Assembly: GCA_048938295.1 (NCBI GenBank) | Contig: JBHLMI010000008.1 | Span: 14,082 to 78,081, forward strand | Reading direction: 5' to 3' | Source of the DNA: Promethearchaeota archaeon | GTDB lineage: Archaea; Asgardarchaeota; Hermodarchaeia; Hermodarchaeales; Hermodarchaeaceae | DNA length: 64,000 nucleotides | In this document: piece by piece, positions 9,554 to 18,932 of the stretch | Layout of the letters: every line of letters begins with the position of its first letter | Position numbering within the stretch: the stretch's first letter is position 1 | The notes under the pieces: generated by a model | Told to the model about the DNA's origin: nothing | Databases searched by the model: none | What the model saw: only the letters and a program-made list of their open reading frames with translations | Program-made: the position numbers and the translations under genes

Positions 9554-11257
9554 CTAGGGGCGCATCTCATAGAGGTCTTTGTGCTTCAGGACGACTTCCC
9601 ATGACCGTTTATAGCGGTCAGGATCATGGTTGGGTTTGCGAAGCATCTGCATGCAGTATTCGGCTTGGGCCAGAGTCGTACTGGATTTCCCATGAAGTTG
9701 TAAAGCATAGCGAGAGCAATCGCGAACCATGAAGTCAAAGATTTGATCAACGATATCGGCACTCTGCTCATAGAGCTGTGCGTTCTCCAAAATAAGTTGG
9801 CCATACACAATCAGAGCAAATAACTCTGTGATAGCCATGGAAAAGTCAGTATCCTTTTGCTGGTCTACAGTGGGCGTAGCATTCGAAAGGAGCTCCTTGA
9901 ATACATCGATTTGATCATGGAAGATTCGTACATTGGGGAGATCCACTTGGCTGAATATCGTGTTATAATCATGGAATTGGATTTTCCCCAGTCCGCGAGT
10001 GGGGCCTTGGTCAAAGAGGAACGTGTCGTGTGCAGGCTGGTCTTGACGTGAAACAGATGCGTAGTCTTTGTGGTTGAAAAAGTAGTTGAAGATAAATTTG
10101 GCAACCAACGCAAGATTAACGTGGACCGTGCCTTCGAGTTTGGGAAGCGCTCGAATGTCACGAGCCGCCATTTCAAAATAGGTATCCTTCTCAAAGCCTT
10201 TGGCTGCAATGACGTCCCACAAAAGGTTGATGACCTCTTCCCCTTGGAGGGTTACCTTCATTTTCACCATGGTATTGTAGAGGAGGTACCGCCGATCATC
10301 AGGAGAAGCAATCCGCATGTAATCTACTGCTCGCAGTGCGAAAAGCTTCATTGCGACTAGCCTAGTGTAAGCATCGACGAACATCTGTTTGACATGGGGG
10401 AAGTCGGTGACCATCATCCCATAGAGTTGGCGGTTGGCAGCATGGTTGATGGACTCATAGAAGGCATGGGTGCATATACCAATAGATGCCACGCCGAGAT
10501 TGTATTTACCAACATTGACTGTATTAAGAGCAGAATCCCATGCATCTTGTCCTTGGGAGAGAATCTCGTCTGGGGTGATTTTGTAGTTGTGGAGGCTAAA
10601 TTCGGCGACGAAGTTTTGGCTGTTACATATGTTCTTTACCAAGTCATAATTTTGATTACGATAATCAGCGACGAAGAAGACGTAATCACCAGAATCTGTC
10701 ATTTTACCGAAGCTTGAGACCATGGGTGCTGTATTAGCATTACCGATGTAGTACTTGGCTCCGTTAGCCAGGTAACTGCCATCTGCCTGAGGGCTCAATG
10801 ACATTTCGGTTGAATAGATATCTGCACCGTGCACCTTTTCCGATAGCCCAAACGCGAAGACTGCACCATCCTTGAGGTGCTCTGCGGCTCGCTTCTTGAG
10901 CTTCTCGTTCTTACTCATCCAAATCGGACCTAATCCGAGGATACTCACCTGCCAAGTATACCAGTATGCCAGACCATAGAAGGCTAGAATTTCGTTGAAG
11001 GCATAGTTTCGCCACATATCCCATCGAGTGTCTTTATCTCCATATTCAGAGGGCGTAAGCAGGGTCAAAAAGATTCGTTCCTTCTTCTGAAAGGCAATGA
11101 AGTCCTCATAGAAGATGCGGTTGTGGTCGTCTTCTTTGAGTTTCTGTTTCCCTTTATTCTCAAAGAATTCGATGGTCTTGAGCATTATCTCTTTTGATTT
11201 CTTGTCAGGAAATTGGTGTTGGTAATCTCGTGGATTTAGCAGAAGCATTTGTGTCAC
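9554..11257 (-). CDS. acyl-CoA dehydrogenase family protein (long form)
   Basis: 567 aa. Middle-domain pattern GLSEKVHGADIYSTEM..DGSYLANGAKYYIGNA parallels ACAD xTEPxAGSD...DG.YxLNGxKxFITN. Confidence 0.55.
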   Translation of the reverse strand: MTQMLLLNPRDYQHQFPDKKSKEIMLKTIEFFENKGKQKLKEDDHNRIFYEDFIAFQKKERIFLTLLTPSEYGDKDTRWDMWRNYAFNEILAFYGLAYWYTWQVSILGLGPIWMSKNEKLKKRAAEHLKDGAVFAFGLSEKVHGADIYSTEMSLSPQADGSYLANGAKYYIGNANTAPMVSSFGKMTDSGDYVFFVADYRNQNYDLVKNICNSQNFVAEFSLHNYKITPDEILSQGQDAWDSALNTVNVGKYNLGVASIGICTHAFYESINHAANRQLYGMMVTDFPHVKQMFVDAYTRLVAMKLFALRAVDYMRIASPDDRRYLLYNTMVKMKVTLQGEEVINLLWDVIAAKGFEKDTYFEMAARDIRALPKLEGTVHVNLALVAKFIFNYFFNHKDYASVSRQDQPAHDTFLFDQGPTRGLGKIQFHDYNTIFSQVDLPNVRIFHDQIDVFKELLSNATPTVDQQKDTDFSMAITELFALIVYGQLILENAQLYEQSADIVDQIFDFMVRDCSRYALQLHGKSSTTLAQAEYCMQMLRKPNHDPDRYKRSWEVVLKHKDLYEMRP

Positions 11258-11340
11258 TCTCTACAGTAGTTCTTCTGTGGTTGTATCTATGGTAGCTGAA
11301 GCATCATATAGATTCTTCAGGTTCAACAAGAACTATTTTT

Positions 11341-12825
11341 CTAGCGTTTCCAGATTTTAATGGTTGCAAGGATTACTATAACAGCAATGAAGAAACTGGA
11401 AAAAAACACTAACAATATTGGAGTATAGAGTATGATATTGACCTGGAACTGCAACTCGTCTCCCGCAGCTTTCCATGAGCTAGCAATACCATTCATATGC
11501 GCTTGGATTTCTACCAGGTTGTTAGAAAAGCGTTGAACGGATTCGTAGATGTCCCCTGTTTCGCCATAGGCTTCGGCTATACCCCACATGGTATCCTTTA
11601 TTAGTGAAGAATAGGATGTGTGATCAAAGGTTGTTAATGAAGCATTGGTGCTTAGCGCTTCGAAGTGGGGAAAGGCAGCTTGGCCAAGGGCAATCATGGC
11701 TGAGAGATCACGGTGTGGTATGAACTTCTGGATTTGGTGTAACGCTGTTCGATAGGAATGGTATTGCAGTGTAAGCATTTGTTCTAATTGAATTCCTTGT
11801 TCGATGAGGGTTTGGATGATGAGCTCTTCTTGGATCAGATGGGCGAGGTAGTTTGCTAGGTTTTGTGGTGACAGGTCGATACTAAGCTTCTGAAAAGCTC
11901 GCGCTCCACAGCTTACGATTGAAGGATGAATGCTATCTAGCTCGTAAGCAATGGGCAATCCGAGAAGCCGTTGGTAAATGAATTCGGGATAGCCTGCGGA
12001 AGGAATGCTGTGAATGGTTTCTTGGGTGGCTAATTGGATAGCGCCGAAAGCGAGTGGCTCACGCGCGAGGGCTAGATCATCGTAGCTAATGTTGTAATGC
12101 CATCGTCCATCGCTGGGATAGGCAACATTATCACCGAGAGCACCCACTCCTGGATCCATTATCCAGACGTGCTGTGAGGTATCGTTATATCCAATAGCAA
12201 GAACAGCATGTCCTGACCCAGTATCAGCAGAATGGATGTTATATTGTCGGAGGATATCATAATCGTGAACGGGGAGGTAATAAGGATCCACCCAGAGGAG
12301 AAGTGGATAACCTGAATCAAGTGAATGGCACAAGGTTGTTTGTGCTTCAGTAGCTCCAGTAATCACTTCATAATCTAGATTCCAGACATTCATGCTGAAG
12401 GATAGTAATTCGCCGATTTCTGTGGTGTTATCAAGCATCACTAAGTAGTCTATGCCAAGGAATGATTCGAGATAGTGGGCTTGGTAGAGTTGACGATAAT
12501 TGGAGCCAGGTACAAAGATTCTGGTGTTTCCTAAGTGTATGTATACTGCTGAGAAACCAACTCCTGTGGTGGCGAAGACATCATAGAGGTTCAAAGGAAG
12601 ACCAAGGTGTTGGAGCGCCATTGATAGGCAGGACCAGTGGCAGAATCCGTTCACCTCTTGCCAGACATAAGGGATGTCTTCAATGTAGGTCGCATCTTTG
12701 GGAGAAGAGGGGGTCAGGAACTGCTCTGGAGTTCCTGACGATACACTGGGAATTAGGTTGGGAAGGAATGATAGGAGTAGTAATGTAACGAATACTATTC
12801 CGAGGAGTGTCACTTTGCTTTGCAT
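11341..12825 (-). CDS. secreted papain-fold (C39-like) cysteine peptidase with C-terminal TM anchor
   Basis: Signal peptide MQSKVTLLGIVFVTLLLLSF. Putative catalytic Cys in VNGFCHWSCLSMAL and His in GHAVLAIGY. C-terminal TM ILYTPILLVFFSSFFIAVIVILA. Confidence 0.5.
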   Translation of the reverse strand: MQSKVTLLGIVFVTLLLLSFLPNLIPSVSSGTPEQFLTPSSPKDATYIEDIPYVWQEVNGFCHWSCLSMALQHLGLPLNLYDVFATTGVGFSAVYIHLGNTRIFVPGSNYRQLYQAHYLESFLGIDYLVMLDNTTEIGELLSFSMNVWNLDYEVITGATEAQTTLCHSLDSGYPLLLWVDPYYLPVHDYDILRQYNIHSADTGSGHAVLAIGYNDTSQHVWIMDPGVGALGDNVAYPSDGRWHYNISYDDLALAREPLAFGAIQLATQETIHSIPSAGYPEFIYQRLLGLPIAYELDSIHPSIVSCGARAFQKLSIDLSPQNLANYLAHLIQEELIIQTLIEQGIQLEQMLTLQYHSYRTALHQIQKFIPHRDLSAMIALGQAAFPHFEALSTNASLTTFDHTSYSSLIKDTMWGIAEAYGETGDIYESVQRFSNNLVEIQAHMNGIASSWKAAGDELQFQVNIILYTPILLVFFSSFFIAVIVILATIKIWKR

Positions 12826-12848
12826 GTGTGTCTCACCCCCGTCTTCTT

Positions 12849-14540
12849 CTAGCGTTCAGGCTGAGCGAGTGTTCGAGTCCCTGTTACCAAGGTTATACTA
12901 CCAATACTGAATAGTGTGACAAGGCCGATGAGGGCGAATGCAAAGGGTAAGCCAGTTCTTCCAACGGTTGAGATGATCAGGTCCCAGAAGGGTAATCCAA
13001 GGATATCACCGATCATTGAAATCAGGATGGGGGCAAAGAGGATTATCTGGACGCCCATCATTGTGATAATAACGTTCATCTGGTGTTCGGGTGATTTGGT
13101 ATTTTCATAGTTAGGATTCCATGCGGTGACGCCAGTCGCAAAGATGATTGAGCCACAGATTATAGCATACCCATACGCGAGGAGGAAGAGAAATAGCTCA
13201 ATGCCTCCTGCTGCTACGACGGTGAGAACCACTGCAGGGATAATACAGAGTGGGATGGCGATGATGAAGGCTGAGACGAGTCGTGCCTTGACGAAGCGTG
13301 ATGTTCCAGTTGGAGTGGTTTGAATAATCCAGAGTTGATCTTTGCTTTCCATAAAGGATGTGCCGCTGAAGGTGAAGGTGCCGATGACAGCTAATCCGAT
13401 TCCTCCGACCATGATAAGTCCCATCATATCAAAGCCCCCAGTGTCTCCGAGACTTGTCATCAAATGCGCCATCACGATAGGGAGAATGACCGCTAGAATC
13501 AGCCCATAAGCAATTTTGGATAGGTTTGAAGCCTTTCGAAAGAAGTCTTTCATACAAGTGACAACCAGTGCCCCAAAGGAACCCGATGCTAGTTTTCGAA
13601 TACCTCGATAGAACGTATTATCGCCTTTCACGGTTGTGATTTGCTCTGTTCGTGCACCTATGTTGTAGGTGAATATTCTGTCAGCAGTGAATAATCCGAG
13701 ACCAACACAGGCTAGCCCAAAGACCCCAGATAGCACTGTACTGATGAGAAGATTGAATTGTAGGACTTGATGAAAGAGGAGGATTTGTTCAAGTGAGAAG
13801 TTCAATGTGCTGAATAGAATTGCGAGCCAACTGATGGTATCTGCTGGCCAAGTGAATGGGAATAGAAGGAAGATGTTCATGCCCAGCAGAAGGCTCATTT
13901 GTTGACTATAGAACATGATCCCGTAGATGGGGATGATGGACACTATGGCAAAGAGGATGGCAAGGCCATTCGCAATATCCTTTCCTCGTGCTGATTCACC
14001 AAGCTTTGCTTGAATCGCTGCAGTGATCAGGTTGGAAAGCCAGATGGTAGCCAGAATCATAGCGATGAGAACGAGATAGATAAGGAGTTGACCCACTAAA
14101 ACGACTTCAAAGGCTAGGAATAAGACCGTTAGAAATGGTGGTGCAATATACAGAACAAGGAGTATATAGAGGGGAACTTTCCCGAGGAAGGACCCGATAA
14201 GTATGTCTCGGGTTTTAACGTTGTGTGAGAGGAAGATTTCCCACTGACCGATTTTAAGTTCTTGTAGGGCGCGTGAGAGTGGGATGACTAATAGGATGAT
14301 CCATATGAAAAACATCACTGAGCGCATCAATCCGGGTATAAAACTAATCAGTAAGAATTGGAGGGCTCCGATGGGTATCATCAACCCAACCAGGGTTCCT
14401 ACGAGGTAGGGTGCAATTAGAATAGCCCAGATGAATCCGAATACGAATAAGATTCCCATGTTTCTCGTTCGGTGTTCTCGGAGAGAGATTGTGCTGACGA
14501 GGTATTCGGCTTTGGCAATGCTGAACCACTTTCGTGCCAT
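12849..14540 (-). CDS. ABC transporter permease (ABC-2-like, polytopic)
   Basis: Start moved to internal ATG (MARKWF...) 4 nt downstream of the ATPase stop, preceded by GGTGAGAGG. More than 12 predicted TM helices. Confidence 0.6.
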   Translation of the reverse strand: MARKWFSIAKAEYLVSTISLREHRTRNMGILFVFGFIWAILIAPYLVGTLVGLMIPIGALQFLLISFIPGLMRSVMFFIWIILLVIPLSRALQELKIGQWEIFLSHNVKTRDILIGSFLGKVPLYILLVLYIAPPFLTVLFLAFEVVLVGQLLIYLVLIAMILATIWLSNLITAAIQAKLGESARGKDIANGLAILFAIVSIIPIYGIMFYSQQMSLLLGMNIFLLFPFTWPADTISWLAILFSTLNFSLEQILLFHQVLQFNLLISTVLSGVFGLACVGLGLFTADRIFTYNIGARTEQITTVKGDNTFYRGIRKLASGSFGALVVTCMKDFFRKASNLSKIAYGLILAVILPIVMAHLMTSLGDTGGFDMMGLIMVGGIGLAVIGTFTFSGTSFMESKDQLWIIQTTPTGTSRFVKARLVSAFIIAIPLCIIPAVVLTVVAAGGIELFLFLLAYGYAIICGSIIFATGVTAWNPNYENTKSPEHQMNVIITMMGVQIILFAPILISMIGDILGLPFWDLIISTVGRTGLPFAFALIGLVTLFSIGSITLVTGTRTLAQPER

Positions 14541-14544
14541 CCTC

Positions 14545-15321
14545 TCACCTCCATTGCAAGAGTGTGTTTCGGTCGACTTTGCTTCCAACAATGCGAAGAT
14601 AGGCTTCTTCGAGATTCCTTGCATCTGTGGCGGTTGTGATGTCTTCAAGTGCCCCTTGGATGACAAGGGCCCCATCAATTATGATGCCGATGTGGTCGCA
14701 CACATCTTCTGCAAAGGAGGTTTGGTGTGTGCAAATGAAGAAGGTAGTTGATGTTTCATCAGCAAGGACCTGAATGAGTTCTTTGACAACCATACTTGCA
14801 CTGGGATCCAAACGGGATGTGGGTTCATCAAGAAACACAAGTTTCGGATCATGTAAGAGGGTTGATGCGATGAGGACCTTCTGTTTCATCCCTGAAGAGT
14901 AGGATTCAATCAAATCGTTTTGGCGCGACTCTAGACCAAGTAGTCCAAGGAGACTATCAATGCGATGCATCAACTCTGAACCATTCTTTCCATTCAGAGC
15001 CCCGATGAATTCAAGAAATTCAACTGCCGAAAGTTTTGAGTACAATCCAGGCGTTTCAGGCAGCAATCCTGTGATTTCTTTTATTGCATTTCGTTTCTTA
15101 TCAAGGGGTAGTCCGCAGACGGTTGCTGTGCCACTTGATTGTTTCATGAGACCCGAGAGAATACGCACAGTTGTGGTTTTCCCTGCGCCGTTTGGACCCA
15201 GGAAACCGAAGCGGCTTCCTTGTTTGACTTCTAAGTCAAGATCACGAACAGCGTGGATGAGCCCGAAATGCTTGTTAAGTTTGTCTGTTTTGATGGTAAC
15301 GCTGTTGTTCACGCGTTTCAC
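14545..15321 (-). CDS. ABC transporter ATP-binding protein
   Basis: Walker A GPNGAGKTT, ABC signature YSSGMKQK, Walker B LVFLDEPTSRLD, H-loop. Confidence 0.85.
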   Translation of the reverse strand: MKRVNNSVTIKTDKLNKHFGLIHAVRDLDLEVKQGSRFGFLGPNGAGKTTTVRILSGLMKQSSGTATVCGLPLDKKRNAIKEITGLLPETPGLYSKLSAVEFLEFIGALNGKNGSELMHRIDSLLGLLGLESRQNDLIESYSSGMKQKVLIASTLLHDPKLVFLDEPTSRLDPSASMVVKELIQVLADETSTTFFICTHQTSFAEDVCDHIGIIIDGALVIQGALEDITTATDARNLEEAYLRIVGSKVDRNTLLQWR

Positions 15322-15396
15322 CTCGTGGATGGATGGTGAGTTCTAGCTTATTAACTTTGCCATACAAAGTACTTTATTAGCACAAAGTATTTAAGT

Positions 15397-16074
15397 GTGG
15401 CAAAGCATTATTTCTTCGAGGTAAACGCAATGTCAGAACGAATCGACCTCAAAGCCTTGGAACGTAAAGCATACACATCCTATCATCAAGATGGCATCTT
15501 CGACATTATTCTTGGTTTAGCGATCATATTCTTTGGGCTAACATTACTCCCCCTGTTGGAAGAGAGCATGACCTACCTATGGGGAGGCACCTTCATTGTT
15601 TGGTTCATCAGCTATGGCGTTGCGAAGAAATCAATCACTGTACCACGGATGGGCTATGTGGAGTTTAGTCCAAGCAGACGTTATCGCCTCGTGTTCCTGT
15701 TCTCTCTCCTAGTGATCGTGAATGTTGTCATTTTTGCATTTATGATGTTTGGATTATCGGTCGCAGCTGTACTCTTTTTAAACCAGTACGGTCTGTTGGT
15801 TGTTGCAACAGTGGGCGGAGGATTGTTTGCAGTATTTGGGTGGGCCACTCAAATATACCGCCTTTTCGGTTATGGCGCTATAACGTTTCTCGCCTTCTCA
15901 GCAGCTCATGTGTTCGTGTTGCCCATCACTTACCCCATCATCGCTATAGGGATAGCTCTAGCCGGATTGGGTTTTGTATTGCTATACCAGTTTTTGAGGA
16001 AGTATCCCAAAACGAGAGAGAGTGAAGAGTTGTTTGAGGAATGGAATAATGAATTAGAGGGTGATCCAAAATGA
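15397..16074 (+). CDS. membrane protein, tandem paralog 1 (SYHQDG family)
   Basis: 225 aa. N-terminus LERKAYTSYHQDGIFDIILGL is followed by about 6 TM helices. About 40% identical to the next gene. Confidence 0.55.
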   Translation: MAKHYFFEVNAMSERIDLKALERKAYTSYHQDGIFDIILGLAIIFFGLTLLPLLEESMTYLWGGTFIVWFISYGVAKKSITVPRMGYVEFSPSRRYRLVFLFSLLVIVNVVIFAFMMFGLSVAAVLFLNQYGLLVVATVGGGLFAVFGWATQIYRLFGYGAITFLAFSAAHVFVLPITYPIIAIGIALAGLGFVLLYQFLRKYPKTRESEELFEEWNNELEGDPK

Positions 16075-16685
16075 GTAAGACCACTGATCTAAAGTCAATA
16101 GAACGACAGGCCTATCTTTCCTACCATCAAGACGGATTAATCGACATCTTCGTTGGCATATTACTCATATTACTGGGGCTAACGATTTGGTTTTTACCGG
16201 AATTCTGGTTCTTCCTTGTTGGCGGATTTTTTGCCCTCTTCTCATCATACGCTGCTGCAAAGAATAGAATCACAATTCCTCGGATGGGGTATGTCGAGTT
16301 CTCGTCAGCTCGACGACTAAGGATCAAATACATCTTCTTGGTCTTAGTTTTACTCCTTGTGTTTGGTAATGTTTTGGGAATCATTGCGATGCTATATCCG
16401 CCATTAGGGGTGTTGATTTTTGAGTCCGCTTTTACTATCCTAATAGTTGGTGTGGTTGGGAGCATCATTTTCGCTGTCATTGGCTTAGCTTCCAATATCC
16501 AACGATTCTATCTGTATGCTGTTATCTTTCTTGGATCGGCAGTGTTCACCTTCTACTTCCCGATAATCACAGTCTTACCTTTGGTGGCTGTTGGGTTGAT
16601 CATGACCGTGCTTGGGTCAGTGCTGTTGTACCAATTCATTCGAAAATATCCGAAAGAATCGCTTGGAGAGATGGAGGGTGCCTGA
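16071..16685 (+). CDS. membrane protein, tandem paralog 2
   Basis: 204 aa. N-terminus IERQAYLSYHQDGLIDIFVGI. 4-nt ATGA overlap with paralog 1. Confidence 0.55.
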   Translation: MSKTTDLKSIERQAYLSYHQDGLIDIFVGILLILLGLTIWFLPEFWFFLVGGFFALFSSYAAAKNRITIPRMGYVEFSSARRLRIKYIFLVLVLLLVFGNVLGIIAMLYPPLGVLIFESAFTILIVGVVGSIIFAVIGLASNIQRFYLYAVIFLGSAVFTFYFPIITVLPLVAVGLIMTVLGSVLLYQFIRKYPKESLGEMEGA

Positions 16686-17007
16686 AGAGTCAGTTGACGC
16701 GAATTTCTCAATCATCGATGATATTGATCGGGTGATTCACGAACCTGCTCGATTAGCTATTATGTCCCATCTTTATGTCTTAGACCGTGCTGACTTCCTT
16801 TTTCTCAAACAACAGACAGGGATGACGTGGGGGAACCTTTCGTCCCATATTACCAAACTCGAGAATGCCGGATATGTGGAAGTAATCAAGAAATTCGTTG
16901 ACCGAAAACCGTACACGCTAATTCAATTGACGAAAGCAGGACGTCAAGCTTTCGAACAATATCAACGACAAATGCGGCATATGTTTGAAGGAATTAAAGA
17001 GAAATAG
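16678..17007 (+). CDS. winged-helix transcriptional regulator (ArsR-like HTH)
   Basis: Residue pattern IHEPARLAIMSHL...LSSHITKLENAGYVEV. Start is uncertain: GTG at 16678 overlaps the upstream stop (GTGCCTGA), or TTG at 16663. The ORF track gives 16612. Confidence 0.5.
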   Translation: MPEESVDANFSIIDDIDRVIHEPARLAIMSHLYVLDRADFLFLKQQTGMTWGNLSSHITKLENAGYVEVIKKFVDRKPYTLIQLTKAGRQAFEQYQRQMRHMFEGIKEK

Positions 17008-17060
17008 CATACGTTGTGATTTACTGACCAGAATAATACTTTGTCAGTTACAGTTGCTGG

Positions 17061-17420
17061 TCAAGCTTTTTCTGTTGGTGTAATAGCCCCAGCTACTAGG
17101 ACGATGATTCCTGGGATGAATCCAGCAAAGAGCAGACCCAAGATACCTGTGATGATGAGTCCTGTGCGATGAGGTAGTGGATCGCTTCGCCAGAAGAGCC
17201 AAATAATCGCTAGGATGAAACCAATTATGATGAAGACCGCGAAGATGCCATAGTAAATTGGCATCAATATGTTGATCAGCCATTCGTATCCTGGCGGGAT
17301 AATTAATGGGAGGAGCCTTGGAATCCAAAAAAGAATGAGATAGAGATAATAGACAATCATGAGGAATTGGAGAATTGTGCCAACAAGAACAAATGCCCGA
17401 ATTGTCCCTTCTTCTACCAT
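17061..17420 (-). CDS. hypothetical small membrane protein (3-4 TM)
   Basis: 119-aa hydrophobic ORF; the overlapping alternative frame (17044..17448) is not hydrophobic or coherent. Confidence 0.4.
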   Translation of the reverse strand: MVEEGTIRAFVLVGTILQFLMIVYYLYLILFWIPRLLPLIIPPGYEWLINILMPIYYGIFAVFIIIGFILAIIWLFWRSDPLPHRTGLIITGILGLLFAGFIPGIIVLVAGAITPTEKA

Positions 17421-17473
17421 AGCGTTTACACTCCACTCTCAACGTCATATCCTCTTCGATTAAAGTGTTTCAA

Positions 17474-17728
17474 TTATGAGTGGGGTTGGGCTTCAGGTTC
17501 ATCTAGGATTGTGAAATGTCGATACCCCCATGGTATCCATGACCAGATTCTTTCGTGTAGGAAGTATTCGATGAATTTAATGATGGTGTCAAGGCTACCC
17601 AGGATACCGGCGAATACGATGTTGCCTGTCAAGATGAAGGTTACAATTATTGTGCTAAGAGAGGCAAGCAGTCGCCAGGTTATGCCTTTGATGATTGATC
17701 GAGTGCGTGTCTCTTCGGCTTTCCTCAT
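17474..17728 (-). CDS. DUF2061-like small membrane protein
   Basis: From the internal ATG: MRKAEETRTRSIIKGITWRLLASLSTIIVTF..., matching the DUF2061 KxITWR signature. Confidence 0.45.
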   Translation of the reverse strand: MRKAEETRTRSIIKGITWRLLASLSTIIVTFILTGNIVFAGILGSLDTIIKFIEYFLHERIWSWIPWGYRHFTILDEPEAQPHS

Positions 17729-18065
17729 AAGGGATCCTCCTAAAATCCTTAGAGGAGCATAGCATTTATGCAAGGTTCTAATAAACAGATTGGTGGAGCC
17801 TGAGTTTTATTTCTCATATTTGCTTTGATAAAAGAGGGGATGGCCCGGGTCTCTGTACCCGTGTATTGGCCCCCGGACTCCGCAGCGACACCGGGCAGAT
17901 TGGCGACGCTGGCACGTCATTTCTGTGCTTGTAGATTCTGATATAAACTCCATACTTGCGCAGGATGAAAGGAAGAAGAAAGAGTCAATAGGTAATATAT
18001 TCATCCTGTTTAGGCTGGTTTGTCACAGGCAAAAAGAAGCATGTAATAGAATGAATTCTGGCATT

Positions 18066-18833
18066 TTAGAAGTTAAGGATTATTGTGTTTTGGATTCGAG
18101 TGAGTCGTACGCCCTTGGTCTCTTGGGATTCGATTTCTGCATTCTTATCGACGAGCATTGTCAGGCTAACAGGCTTGCTCTCTCCCTTCTCTTTATCAAC
18201 TTCGACGCTGACTTCAAATACGTCAAAGGAGGGATTCATCAATCGGAGTACAGCTTTTTGTTTCCCGATACTATGATCACCGGGTATCCATTGGTATCGT
18301 TCTCGAAGCAACTCGATTTGGAGCCTAGGAACTTTTACCCGCATGGCTTTGAATTCTTGGACTGAAAATTTGTCTATTGACGGAGGTTTTTTCTGATGCT
18401 GGTAGGGGCGGTGGCGGCGAAGGTTGTGGTATTCCATTGCCCATAGCAGTACGCCTTGACGTTCCGCCTCTTCGATGGGTACTTGTCCATAATAAGTGTA
18501 CCAGGGTTTATTATCTGAATCCTTGATTTGGTGTTTGTGCCATTGGAGTTGCGGATGTTGGGAAGGGAGGTTTTTGACTGTTTCTTGACCAGGTGACAAA
18601 CAACTCATTGATAAGGCAAATAGGGGTGGTGTATGCTCAGATTGTTTTAACATTTCGAAATAGCTACCATCGCGAGCAAACAGGTATACCCCTTCGTAAC
18701 TGCCATCCGGTCGAGTGATTGCTCGAGTTTCACAACTTTTCAGGACTCCACACAGGGCTGTGAGCCGTTTAATGGCCTGTGGGGGAAATGAATACATGAA
18801 GTGATCCAGGATTAACAAATCCTGTAATGCCAT
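18066..18833 (-). CDS. hypothetical protein
   Basis: 255-aa ORF with no recognisable motif. Preferred over the shorter overlapping plus-strand ORF. Confidence 0.35.
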   Translation of the reverse strand: MALQDLLILDHFMYSFPPQAIKRLTALCGVLKSCETRAITRPDGSYEGVYLFARDGSYFEMLKQSEHTPPLFALSMSCLSPGQETVKNLPSQHPQLQWHKHQIKDSDNKPWYTYYGQVPIEEAERQGVLLWAMEYHNLRRHRPYQHQKKPPSIDKFSVQEFKAMRVKVPRLQIELLRERYQWIPGDHSIGKQKAVLRLMNPSFDVFEVSVEVDKEKGESKPVSLTMLVDKNAEIESQETKGVRLTRIQNTIILNF

Positions 18834-18932
18834 AACTATCGCCTACGCTAGAATACCAATATCTCTGTGTGAAATACTATAAATCGCACTACTAGAGAGA
18901 ATTGAATTCAGCTTTGCTGCCTTGAGTCGTTC

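Noticed and set aside
9865-10717. Several 64-114-aa ORFs on both strands inside the acyl-CoA dehydrogenase gene
   Set aside because: Embedded in or antisense to a 567-aa motif-bearing ORF.
17835-17920. tRNA gene in the GC-rich intergenic block
   Set aside because: No acceptor-stem pairing, no GTTCRA-type T-loop and no cloverleaf on either strand; kept only as a candidate ncRNA in the findings.
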